This document shows positions 1 through 8,860 of a stretch of DNA of 43,202 bases, one piece after another; position 1 is the first letter of the stretch, and each line of letters begins with the position of its first letter. The DNA comes from a virus (taxonomy: Duplodnaviria > Caudoviricetes), in the IMG/VR virus record IMGVR_UViG_3300033067_001449, positions 1 to 43,202 of that record; one strand, written 5' to 3'. The notes beneath the pieces were generated by a model. It worked only from the letters and a program-made list of their open reading frames with translations. It had not been told where the DNA came from and made no database searches. The position numbers and the translations under genes are program-made.

Positions 1-96
1 CCGTCGAAATCAAATGCGAGAATTTTAACGAATTTTAGAAAACGATTCTATTAACTAGTTCATAAACGAAAAATTTTTCTAGGTTTTCAAACTAAA

Positions 97-606
97 ATGG
101 GAAAACGTGGCGCGAAGCCGAAACCTACAGCCCTTCGATTACTGGAAGGGAACCCCGGACGATTGCCGATTAACGACGCGGAGCCGCAATGCGGTATCCC
201 GCCCGTAATGCCGGCGACCGTGGCCGTTGATGCAATAGCTGCAGAGGCGTGGAACCGCTTGCGCGAAGTGTGCCCGCCGCAGCTATACAACGCAATGGAC
301 GAACAGACATTAACGCAGCACTGCCTTGCGTGGTCGATGTTCCTTCGCTCTCAGCAAGAAATTGACGAAGGCGGGCTGTTCATCGAAACGCCGCACTACG
401 ACAAGGAAGGCAACCACCTATACACAGAGAAGGACGTATCGCCAGCGCTCAAAACGTGGAAGTCGGCTAGCGAGGTACTGCTAAAGACAACCGACCGCCT
501 AGGGCTATCCCCGACAGCTAGAACACGCATTCAAATCCCTAAGACGGTAGACGTACAGTCAAAGTTTAAAGGGCTGATCGGGCGCGGGGTGCAGAATGCC
601 CCGTAA
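97..606 (+). CDS. terS: Terminase small subunit (P27 family)
   Basis: N-terminal KPKPTALRLLEGNPG and C-terminal LGLSPTARTRI motifs; directly upstream of TerL. Confidence 0.88.
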   Translation: MGKRGAKPKPTALRLLEGNPGRLPINDAEPQCGIPPVMPATVAVDAIAAEAWNRLREVCPPQLYNAMDEQTLTQHCLAWSMFLRSQQEIDEGGLFIETPHYDKEGNHLYTEKDVSPALKTWKSASEVLLKTTDRLGLSPTARTRIQIPKTVDVQSKFKGLIGRGVQNAP

Positions 607-2239
607 ATCCCCCCTTATTCCGGTAAATACAACTAAAAAACCTCGCGGGCGCCCCAAAAAGGCGGCTGTTTCTGCCGTTAAAATCAGGCGCTCCGACCGG
701 ATTATTGAGTTTATCGAGCGCCTGCAGGTGCCATCAGGCATCGGCCAAGGCAAGCCCATGCGCCTTCGCGACTGGCAAAAAGACCTAATTCGCGGTACGT
801 ATGACCCCCTAGACGAGCTCGGCAACCGCCGTATTCGCCGCGCCTTGTGGTCCGTCGCGCGCAAAAACGGCAAGTCGGCGCTCGCGGCGTCGCTCTTGCT
901 CGTGCATCTAGTGGGGCCGGAAGCCAAGCAAAACGCAGAAGTCTACAGCGTTGCGAGCGACCGGGCGCAAGCCGCGCAAGTCTACAAGATGGCTAGCCAA
1001 ATGGTCGCGCTCGACGCGGAACTAGCCGATATGTGCAAGTGCTTGGACACTACCAAGCGCATTGTCGTGTATCAGTTGGGCTCATTCTATCAATCGCTCG
1101 CCGCGGACGCGCGACGATTGCACGGGTTTAACCCGACCTTTGTAATATATGACGAGCTAGCGCAAGCGAAGAACCGCGACCTATACGACGTTATGACGAC
1201 CTCATTCGGCGCTCAAGAGGAAGGGCTTTTCCTAGCGATTAGCACGCAATCGAGCGACCCTAACCACATCATGAGCGAGCTAAGCGACGAAGCGGCGGCG
1301 CAAGAGCGCGGGGAGCTAGACGACCCGACGTTTTACGGAAAAGTGTTTTCGCTGCCGGCCGATGCAGACCCGTTTGACGAAAGGCTTTGGAAGCTGGCCA
1401 ACCCGGCGCTAGGCGACTTCAAGTCAATGAAGCACATGAAAAGCTTGGCGCATAAAGCGGCGCGCTCCCCGTCCGCTCTCGCGGCGTTTAAAGCGCTCGA
1501 GCTCAACATGCGTGTTGACGCGGTGGAAGCGCTGATTAACTCCGAAGATTGGAAGGCGTGCCATCAACCGCTAGACGCGAACGACATGCGCGGCTATCCG
1601 CTCTATTGCTCGCTCGATTTGTCTAGCCGGCGCGACCTTACGGCGTTCGTCATGGCGTGGGATTTAGGCGGCGGGCGCGTCGCTGCTAAGTCTTATTTTT
1701 GGACGCCAAAGGACTTGCTCGCGGAGCGCTCCAAAATCGACGGCGCGAAATACCAGGAATGGGCGGACGCCGGCCACATGAAAGCGACCGAAGGGAAAAC
1801 GGTCGGCTATGATTATGTCGTGCGTTTCGTTGCGGCCGCTATTGAGGGGCATGATCTAAAATCCATCGCCTATGACCGCTGGCGTATTGACCAGTTTAGA
1901 ACCGAAGCGGAGCGCGCGGGCTTTATCCCTGAAAACTGGAATATGACGGAGTTCGGCCAAGGCTGGAAAGATATGAGCCCCGCAATTGAAAAGCTCGAGG
2001 GGCTGGCCATTGAGCACAATTTAATTCACGACGGAAACCCCGTCCTTACCTATTGCATGAGTAACGTTAAGGTTTCATCGGACGCGGCCGGAAACCGTAA
2101 ATTTGACAAGAGGTTAAAAAATCGTAGGATTGACGGCGCCGTAGCTCTCGCTATGGCAATCGCTGCAATTGACGTAGCGAAGAAACCGGAAATCGAAGGC
2201 CCTTCCGTTTACGAACAACGCGGTTTGCTAGTTTTTTGA
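596..2239 (+). CDS. terL: Terminase large subunit (cos/HK97-like)
   Basis: Walker A VARKNGKS, Walker B VIYDE, ISTQ coupling motif, nuclease DLSSRRDLTA and RIDGAVA. Confidence 0.97.
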   Translation: MPRKSPLIPVNTTKKPRGRPKKAAVSAVKIRRSDRIIEFIERLQVPSGIGQGKPMRLRDWQKDLIRGTYDPLDELGNRRIRRALWSVARKNGKSALAASLLLVHLVGPEAKQNAEVYSVASDRAQAAQVYKMASQMVALDAELADMCKCLDTTKRIVVYQLGSFYQSLAADARRLHGFNPTFVIYDELAQAKNRDLYDVMTTSFGAQEEGLFLAISTQSSDPNHIMSELSDEAAAQERGELDDPTFYGKVFSLPADADPFDERLWKLANPALGDFKSMKHMKSLAHKAARSPSALAAFKALELNMRVDAVEALINSEDWKACHQPLDANDMRGYPLYCSLDLSSRRDLTAFVMAWDLGGGRVAAKSYFWTPKDLLAERSKIDGAKYQEWADAGHMKATEGKTVGYDYVVRFVAAAIEGHDLKSIAYDRWRIDQFRTEAERAGFIPENWNMTEFGQGWKDMSPAIEKLEGLAIEHNLIHDGNPVLTYCMSNVKVSSDAAGNRKFDKRLKNRRIDGAVALAMAIAAIDVAKKPEIEGPSVYEQRGLLVF

Positions 2240-2249
2240 GATTGATTAC

Positions 2250-3500
2250 ATGGCGCGTTTTTTGGACGTAAAAGCAAGTAGCTTTCTTTCGCGGTTTTTC
2301 GGCGCTACGAATACGCAGCGCGTCGCTACTAACGTAACGCAGCTAGAGGAAATGCTACGCGGGGGGGAGGGCGTAACGGAACAGAACGCGCTTCGCGTCG
2401 CTGCCGTGTATGCTTGTATCTCGCTGCTAAGCCGCTCGCAGGCAATGCTCCCCTTGCAGCTTTACCGGCGCAAAGACGACGCGGAAACCGTTGAGAATAA
2501 CCATGCGCTATCCGACATTCTGACCGGCGCCCCGAACCGCTGGCAGACGCCTTTTGAGTTCGAAGCAATGATGGTCGCGCATAAGCTCATCCGCGGTAAC
2601 GCGTATGCGTATATCTCGCGGCTTGGCGGCGACGTTAAAGAGCTAATCCCGCTTAACCCGGCGCGCATGCGCGTAGAACAGCGCAACGATTTGGCGCTTG
2701 ATTACGTCTATCGCCTCCGCAACGGCGGCGAACGCGTCTATTCGGCCGCTGATATTCACCACCGCAGAGCCATGAGCACAGACGGCGTAATGGGATTGTC
2801 GCCTATTGGCGTCGCTCGCCACGCTATCGGGCTCGCGATGAAAATGGAAGCGCACGGCTCTAAGACATTCGACAACGCCGCGAAACCTAGCGGCGCGTTG
2901 AAATCGCCTAAGCCGCTCACGGCGGAGGCGGCGGCGCGCCTGAAAAGCAGCTTCGACAGCATCCATAGCGGCGTTGAGAATGCCGGCCGCACGATGGTCC
3001 TCGAGGACGGGCTAGAATGGGTGCAAATCGGCATGAGCGCCGAAGATTTGCAATTCATCGAAGGGCGCAAATTGCAGCGCAATGAAATTGCAATGTTCTT
3101 CGGCGTCCCGCCGCACATGATTGGCGATATCGACCGCGGCACGTCGTGGGGCTCTGGCATTGAACAGCAGTCGCTAGGCTTCCTTGTCCATACGCTTAAC
3201 CCGCACCTTGTAGCCGATAGGCAGGCGCTCGCGCGCGACCTGTTGAGCCCGCAAGAGCGGCGCCGATACACGATTAAGCATGAGACGGCGCTTTTGACGC
3301 GCGCCGAATTTTTGACGCGTCAAAACGGGCTCGAAATTCAGTACCGGAACGGAGTTATCAATGCGGACGAATGGCGGAAAATCGAAGGGCTCAACCCGCG
3401 CGCGGACGGCAAAGGAACCGAATACTCCGGCGCTCGAGCTCCGCAAGCGCCCGCGCCCGCGCAAAGCCAAGGCGACGGCAGCGGCCAAGCCGCAGCGTGA
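2250..3500 (+). CDS. Portal protein, HK97 family
   Basis: AVYACISLLS, PNRWQTPFEF, GNAYA, GLSPI, IAMFFGVPPHMIG motifs. Confidence 0.95.
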   Translation: MARFLDVKASSFLSRFFGATNTQRVATNVTQLEEMLRGGEGVTEQNALRVAAVYACISLLSRSQAMLPLQLYRRKDDAETVENNHALSDILTGAPNRWQTPFEFEAMMVAHKLIRGNAYAYISRLGGDVKELIPLNPARMRVEQRNDLALDYVYRLRNGGERVYSAADIHHRRAMSTDGVMGLSPIGVARHAIGLAMKMEAHGSKTFDNAAKPSGALKSPKPLTAEAAARLKSSFDSIHSGVENAGRTMVLEDGLEWVQIGMSAEDLQFIEGRKLQRNEIAMFFGVPPHMIGDIDRGTSWGSGIEQQSLGFLVHTLNPHLVADRQALARDLLSPQERRRYTIKHETALLTRAEFLTRQNGLEIQYRNGVINADEWRKIEGLNPRADGKGTEYSGARAPQAPAPAQSQGDGSGQAAA

Positions 3501-4275
3501 GCGCATCCATAACGCTATCTCAGTACGGGCGCCGGCCGTTGTCGCGCGCCCCGCAACCGCGCCCGCTGAAATTCAAGCGCGCGCGAACGGCAAGACGCTC
3601 GAGCTAGACGTATTCGGCCCAATCGGCGGTTGGGACGGTATCACCGCGGCGAAGTTTAAGCAGGCGCTAGACGAGCACGGCGGCAGCGCTAGCGAAATTG
3701 TCGTGAACATCAATAGCCCGGGCGGCGACGTATTCGACGGCGTGTCGATCCACAACTTGCTTGTGTCGCATGACGCCAGCGTGACAACGCGCGTCTACGG
3801 ACTCGCGGCTTCGGCCGCGTCCATCGTGGCAATCGCCGGCGACAGTGTGCTTATGGGCGAAGGATCGTTCCTCATGATCCATAACGCTTGGAGCATGGCG
3901 GTTGGCGACACGCGCGAAATGTCCAAGATGGCGCGAACGCTTTCCTCTATTGACAAGGAACTGGCGGCGTCTTATGCCTCTCATACCGGCATCGACACTG
4001 AAGCGATTAAAGTTCTGATGGATGCCGAGACTTGGATTAGCGCCGCAGACGCGGTTGACCAAGGATTTGCGGACGGCACGTTTGAAGCGCCGTCAAACGC
4101 TGAAAACTCTTTCGACCTCTCAGCATTTAAGAATGTGCCGAAGGCTCTCGTTAAAAAGAGCCCGAAGCGCTCGGCTAAGGCCAGTAAATCGGCGGAGCTT
4201 CCAACTCCGCAGACGGAAAACCTTTTGCCGGTAATGGCCGCGTTGGAACGGCTTAAGTCGTCATTTTCACACTAG
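3361..4275 (+). CDS. ClpP-like prohead maturation protease
   Basis: INSPGGDVFDG, GLAASAASIV, LMIHNAWS, ETWISA motifs; GGAG 6 nt upstream of ATG 3361; no in-frame ATG/GTG start near the portal stop. Confidence 0.9.
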   Translation: MRTNGGKSKGSTRARTAKEPNTPALELRKRPRPRKAKATAAAKPQRERIHNAISVRAPAVVARPATAPAEIQARANGKTLELDVFGPIGGWDGITAAKFKQALDEHGGSASEIVVNINSPGGDVFDGVSIHNLLVSHDASVTTRVYGLAASAASIVAIAGDSVLMGEGSFLMIHNAWSMAVGDTREMSKMARTLSSIDKELAASYASHTGIDTEAIKVLMDAETWISAADAVDQGFADGTFEAPSNAENSFDLSAFKNVPKALVKKSPKRSAKASKSAELPTPQTENLLPVMAALERLKSSFSH

Positions 4276-4288
4276 GGATTTTCCTTAT

Positions 4289-5602
4289 ATGACAATTGCT
4301 TTGAAGCGCCAAATTCGTTTGGCGCATCGGACGCACTCGGCTCCGATTTATAACGACGCGGCGCCGTCCACGGCTGAAATTCTGAAAGCCGTTGACGCCG
4401 TACAGCAGTCATTCGCAGCATTCAAAGCGCAGAATGACGCCGCTATCGCAGAAATCAAGAAAGGCAAGCCGGACGTTATCACGACCGAACACGTTGAACG
4501 CATTAACGCGGACGTTGGCAAAAATGCGCAAGCCGTCGAAGAATTGCAGCGCAAGATTGCCGCCCTTGCGGTTAGCGGCGCCGGCGATGCTGGCGGCGTT
4601 ACTCCTGAACGTCGCGCGCACCGTACCGGCTTCAATGCCTATGTGCGTAAGGGCGTTAACGAGCACGGTCTACGCGAGCTCGAGGTTAAAGCGGCGCTTA
4701 GCTCTGACAGCGACCCTGACGGCGGGTTCATCGTTCCCGACGAAACAGACGCGGCTATCAGTCGTGCGCTTGAACGCGTTTCGGCAATCCGTCGCTTGGC
4801 CGATGTAATCACGATCAGCGGCGGCGGCTATAAGGCGCTGCATAATCTCGGCGGCGCAACGGTTGGTTGGGTTGGGGAACAGCAAGCCCGCACCGAAACA
4901 AACACGCCGCGCATGGTCGAAATGACGTTTCCGATGGGCGAGATTTATGCAATGCCCGCGGCAACGCAAACGCTGCTAGATGACGCTCGCGTCAATATCG
5001 ACGCATGGCTTGCGTCGGAAGTACAAACGGTATTCGCGGAATACGAAGGCGCCGCGTTTACCACGGGTAACGGCGTGAACAAGCCCAAGGGCTTCATCGA
5101 CACGACGAACGGAGTTGTTGCAAACGCCTCTTGGGCGTGGGGCAAGGTGGGTTACGTGACTTCGGGCGCATCCGCGGCTTTCGTCACTACGTCCGCCAGT
5201 GCCAACGCTTATGACAAGCTCCTGGACCAATACCACGCGCTGCGCTCCGGCTACCGGAACGAAGCCGCTTGGCTCATGAGCGACGCGACGCTTGCAGAAG
5301 TGCGAAAGGTGAAAGACGCGGAAGGCGCTTATATTTACATGGCGCCGACTTCGACGGAACCGGCCTCGCTTCTCGGCAAGACCGTAGAAGTAGACGACAA
5401 CATGCCGGCGATTGCAGCTAATAGCTACTCTATCGCGTTCGCCGCATGGAAACGCGCCTATAAGATCGTTGACCGCTTCGGGACGCGCGTTCTCCGCGAC
5501 CCATTTAGCTCCAAGCCTTACGTGCTGTTCTACACGACCAAGCGCGTCGGCGGCGGTATCCGCGATTACGAAGCAATTAAGCTTATGAAGTTCTCGACCT
5601 AA
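4289..5602 (+). CDS. Major capsid protein, HK97 fold
   Basis: Coiled-coil delta-like N-terminus, DGGFIVP, WVGE, GNGVNKPKG, RDPFSSKPYVLFYTTKRVGG. Confidence 0.96.
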   Translation: MTIALKRQIRLAHRTHSAPIYNDAAPSTAEILKAVDAVQQSFAAFKAQNDAAIAEIKKGKPDVITTEHVERINADVGKNAQAVEELQRKIAALAVSGAGDAGGVTPERRAHRTGFNAYVRKGVNEHGLRELEVKAALSSDSDPDGGFIVPDETDAAISRALERVSAIRRLADVITISGGGYKALHNLGGATVGWVGEQQARTETNTPRMVEMTFPMGEIYAMPAATQTLLDDARVNIDAWLASEVQTVFAEYEGAAFTTGNGVNKPKGFIDTTNGVVANASWAWGKVGYVTSGASAAFVTTSASANAYDKLLDQYHALRSGYRNEAAWLMSDATLAEVRKVKDAEGAYIYMAPTSTEPASLLGKTVEVDDNMPAIAANSYSIAFAAWKRAYKIVDRFGTRVLRDPFSSKPYVLFYTTKRVGGGIRDYEAIKLMKFST

Positions 5603-5624
5603 CGCGGCCGCGACTTCGCAGCTA

Positions 5625-5647
5625 CGCGAGCGCCTAACGCGCTCGCG
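5625..5647 (+). other. GC stem-loop after capsid gene (stabiliser or weak terminator)
   Basis: CGCGAGCGC-CTAAC-GCGCTCGCG; no U-tract. Confidence 0.4.
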
Positions 5648-5677
5648 CCCTCCCCATTCTTCTAGGATTTTGGCACT

Positions 5678-6118
5678 ATGAAAGACGGAAAAAGCAGCGA
5701 GTACCCGCAGCTTACGCTAACGGCGGCAGTGCGGACGGCGGACGCTAACAGCGCTGCGGTAGACCGCACCTTGTACGACGCGCAAGAGATCACGCACGTC
5801 TTGCTCATGGGCGTGGGCGGTATCACCTTTGACACGACAAACAAAATCGAAGTCTTAATGGAGGACAGTGACGACGACAGCACCTATGCGACCGTCGCGC
5901 AGAAAGATTGTATCGTTGATAATGGCGTGACGGTAACATCCGGCATCGTTAAATCATTCATCGCGGCGCACGCCACCGCTACCGCTTACAGCTTCGGTTA
6001 TCGAGGTAATAAGCGCTATTCGCGCCTTAAGCTGGACTTTAGCGGTACTCACGGCGTTGGCACTGCGACAGCGGCCGTTGCAATTCACGGCGAAACGAAA
6101 TCTGCGCCGGCCGCTTAA
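5678..6118 (+). CDS. Capsid-associated/decoration-like protein
   Basis: Position after MCP; beta-rich, ESDD-like and GYRGNKRY motifs; AGGA RBS. Confidence 0.55.
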   Translation: MKDGKSSEYPQLTLTAAVRTADANSAAVDRTLYDAQEITHVLLMGVGGITFDTTNKIEVLMEDSDDDSTYATVAQKDCIVDNGVTVTSGIVKSFIAAHATATAYSFGYRGNKRYSRLKLDFSGTHGVGTATAAVAIHGETKSAPAA

Positions 6119-6150
6119 TCGCTGAACGCCTCTAGGAAAATGGTGCGAAG

Positions 6151-6792
6151 ATGCTGCTTACAAGAACCGTTGCGCCTGTTGACTTTATCAGTACAGCGGA
6201 GCTCAAAGCACATCTTCGCATCGACCATGTTTACGACGACACGATTTTAGACATATATCGCAACGTCGCCATGCAAGCGCTAGACGGCCGCGACGGCTAT
6301 TTACGCCGCGCCGTGTGCTCTCAGACTTGGACGTGGGAGCTACCGGAGTTTCCGGCCGGGACGGAATTGCACTTTCCGCTTCCGCCGCTCCAATCTGTTA
6401 CGTCAATCCAATATTACGACGCGGACAACGCGCTACAGACTTTGAGCTCGGCTAACTACATTGTGCATGCCAACGCGCATGTCGGCTATCTAAAGCTCAC
6501 GCCGGACGGCTCATGGCCGGCGACGTATGAGCGAGATAACGCAGTGCTCATAACGTTCGTGGCCGGCTACGGCGCCGCTGCGGCCGTTCCTAACCCGATA
6601 AAATGGGGCGCTCTGCTACTTGCCGGCCGTCTCTACGCTAACCGCGGCGACGGCGACGAAAGCAAGGATACGAGCGGCGACCTTTCCATGATTGAAACCG
6701 AACGCAGGCTTTTAGCCCCGTTCCGCGTTGCGGAGTTTTGTGGCAGCAATGAGCAATATTGGCAGCAAGCGCGAGCGCATCCGCATCGTTAG
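6151..6792 (+). CDS. Head-tail connector (gp6/phiE125 gp8-like)
   Basis: ELKAHLRID, PLQSVTSIQY, FVAGYG, VPNPIK, LYANR motifs. Confidence 0.85.
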   Translation: MLLTRTVAPVDFISTAELKAHLRIDHVYDDTILDIYRNVAMQALDGRDGYLRRAVCSQTWTWELPEFPAGTELHFPLPPLQSVTSIQYYDADNALQTLSSANYIVHANAHVGYLKLTPDGSWPATYERDNAVLITFVAGYGAAAAVPNPIKWGALLLAGRLYANRGDGDESKDTSGDLSMIETERRLLAPFRVAEFCGSNEQYWQQARAHPHR

Positions 6793-7084
6793 ACAGACTA
6801 AGGCGCGCCGCGCCGATGGCGGTTACGACCGCACGCCGGCGACTATATGCGAATTTTGGGCAAGCGTTAAACCCGTCTCGGCAAACGAGGCGGAGCAAGC
6901 GGGGCGCAAGTCAGGCGCGGTAACGTATCTAATCACGACACAGCGGCGCGACGACTTCACGACAGAGGACAAAGTTGTTTGGCTCACGCGCAGCAACATT
7001 GAAATGAATATTCGCGAGATACGCACACCGGGCGCGCGCCCGCTGTTTATGGACTTCGTAGCAGAGAGCGGAGTGACGCAATAA
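6749..7084 (+). CDS. Head closure / head-tail adaptor
   Basis: RERIRI, DGGY, WASVKP motifs and synteny; ATG 6749 chosen as start. Confidence 0.75.
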   Translation: MSNIGSKRERIRIVRQTKARRADGGYDRTPATICEFWASVKPVSANEAEQAGRKSGAVTYLITTQRRDDFTTEDKVVWLTRSNIEMNIREIRTPGARPLFMDFVAESGVTQ

Positions 7085-7497
7085 TGGCGAAAAAGTCCCG
7101 AATGTCTGGCGGCTCGAAATTACGCCGACAGCTTCGGCGCTTTGATCCGGAATTACGCTCAGAGCTCGCGCGCGAGATGGAAGCGATAGGGCGCGAGTTC
7201 CGCGACGAAGTGCAATCACGCGCGCCTAAGGACGAAGGCAACCTTGCGGGCGCCGCTCACTACGTCGTATCGAGTGACAAAATGGGCGTAGCGATTGGCT
7301 ATAGCAAAGATAAACCCGGCTTTAAACGTATGTGGAAAAAAGGCGGCTTCGAAGCGCTGTTTCAGGAATTTGGAACGTCGCAACACGCCGCTCAACCATT
7401 CATCCGGCCGGCATGGCGCGCGAAGATCGGCGGCGCTCTTGACCGTATCGACGCGGCGCGCCGGCGCACCGTGCAACGCATCCTTAGAGGCGCTTAA
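7084..7497 (+). CDS. HK97 gp10-family tail completion protein
   Basis: APKDEGNL and EFGTSQHAAQPFIRPA motifs. Confidence 0.85.
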   Translation: MAKKSRMSGGSKLRRQLRRFDPELRSELAREMEAIGREFRDEVQSRAPKDEGNLAGAAHYVVSSDKMGVAIGYSKDKPGFKRMWKKGGFEALFQEFGTSQHAAQPFIRPAWRAKIGGALDRIDAARRRTVQRILRGA

Positions 7498-7877
7498 TGG
7501 CCACCGACCCAGACCTAGGCTTTCAAACTGCCATGTATACCGCGCTAGCAGCGGCGCAAGGCTCGGTAGCCGTCGAAGTGCATCCGTCGCACGGGCAAGC
7601 GCTACCCTTCGTGCGGATTGGCGAAAGCAATCTGCAAGACCATGAAATAGGCCATGAGATACGTGTTGACGTACACACGTTCTCGAGCGCCGAAGGCTCA
7701 CACGAAGCGAAAGGGATAATGCATGTAACGCGGAATACTTTGCACGGCCAAGCATTCAGCGGCGGCAGTTGGATTTTCACCTGTTGCCGCGAACAAGACG
7801 CGCGCTTATTTTTTGACGCAGAGCAAGAGGAATGGCACGGTGTACAAACATATCGCTGCTTAGCCTCGCTAGCCTAA
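7497..7877 (+). CDS. Tail terminator (DUF3168-like)
   Basis: PFVRIGE, HTFS, HGVQTY motifs; upstream of tail tube gene. Confidence 0.75.
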   Translation: MATDPDLGFQTAMYTALAAAQGSVAVEVHPSHGQALPFVRIGESNLQDHEIGHEIRVDVHTFSSAEGSHEAKGIMHVTRNTLHGQAFSGGSWIFTCCREQDARLFFDAEQEEWHGVQTYRCLASLA

Positions 7878-7890
7878 AGGATTTTTAAAA

Positions 7891-8307
7891 ATGGTTGCAC
7901 AATGCGGGCAAGCTATCGTTGTGTCATTCAAGGATGACGCGGGAACCCCTGCTTATAACGTCGTCGCCGGCCTCCGTACCCGGTCCATTTCTTTCAACTC
8001 AGAAAGCGTTGACGTTACGAACGCGGACAGCACGGGCGCATGGCGCGAAATTCTTTCAGCTTGCGGCGTGAAGTCGTCTAGCATGAAAGGCGACGGCGTG
8101 TTCACGGATGACACAGGCTTTGAAGCAGTACGAGACGCGTTCTTTGATGGCACGACCCGCGACGCGAAAATTCTTGTTCCGGGGCTCGGCACGTTCGAAG
8201 GCAAGTATAAAGTAACCTCGCTCGAATTTGGCGGCGACTATAACAAGGAAGTAACGGCATCGTTCGGGCTTGATAGCGCGGGCGTAGTCACGTTCACAAC
8301 GGCATAA
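7891..8307 (+). CDS. Major tail tube protein (GTA/TP901-1-like)
   Basis: VAGLRTRSISFNSESVDVT, WREIL, GVKS, SAGVVTF. Confidence 0.88.
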   Translation: MVAQCGQAIVVSFKDDAGTPAYNVVAGLRTRSISFNSESVDVTNADSTGAWREILSACGVKSSSMKGDGVFTDDTGFEAVRDAFFDGTTRDAKILVPGLGTFEGKYKVTSLEFGGDYNKEVTASFGLDSAGVVTFTTA

Positions 8308-8678
8308 TGAGCGAAATCAAAAAGCAGGTTAAGTTCCAATTCGGCGGCATCGAGCGCAAGTGTGATGTTACACTTGCTCTCGTTATGCCAATCGAGGAAG
8401 CGACCGGCCTGGGTATCTTAGAGCTTGCTGCTTTGCTCGGTTCGAAGCGCGCTAAGTTGGCGCACATCGCAGCGATAATCCAGGCGGCGCTTGACGCCAA
8501 CGGCATGAAATACACCTTTGCGGACGTGCTGAAAGGCATCGAGCGCGACGGCATCTTCAAGGCACACGCGGCCGCGCTTATTATTATTGAGCGTTTCTTT
8601 GACGTGCCGGAAAGCGCCAATAAAAAAAAGCTGAAAGCGCCGGCCGAACCGGCGCACGAAGAAACCACTTCCCACTAG
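8307..8678 (+). CDS. Tail assembly chaperone (G-like)
   Basis: Between tail tube and tape measure; in-frame slippery A AAA AAG at 8624-8630. Confidence 0.8.
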   Translation: MSEIKKQVKFQFGGIERKCDVTLALVMPIEEATGLGILELAALLGSKRAKLAHIAAIIQAALDANGMKYTFADVLKGIERDGIFKAHAAALIIIERFFDVPESANKKKLKAPAEPAHEETTSH

Positions 8679-8860
8679 GCGATTACCTAGGCGCCGGCTC
8701 AATTATGGGCTGGCGCCCCCTTGATGTATATTCGGTTAGCGTGTCCGAGTTTTGGGCGGCGTGGAACGGTTGGCAGAAATTTAACTGCCCGCCAACCCCC
8801 GACCCAATGACCCGTGACGAGCTAGATGGGTATCTAAGGGACTGGAATCCTAATGGCTAG
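8624..8860 (+). CDS. -1 frameshift extension of tail chaperone (GT-like)
   Basis: -1 frame open from 8630 to TAG 8858-8860, encoding ...LGAGSIMGWRPLDVYSVSVSEFWAAWNGW...PMTRDELD. Confidence 0.8.
   Translation, partial: KKAESAGRTGARRNHFPLGDYLGAGSIMGWRPLDVYSVSVSEFWAAWNGWQKFNCPPTPDPMTRDELDGYLRDWNPNG

Noticed and set aside
8727-8739. TATATTCGGTTAG resembling the promoter motif
   Set aside because: Inside the frameshifted chaperone coding region and lacks the downstream part of the motif
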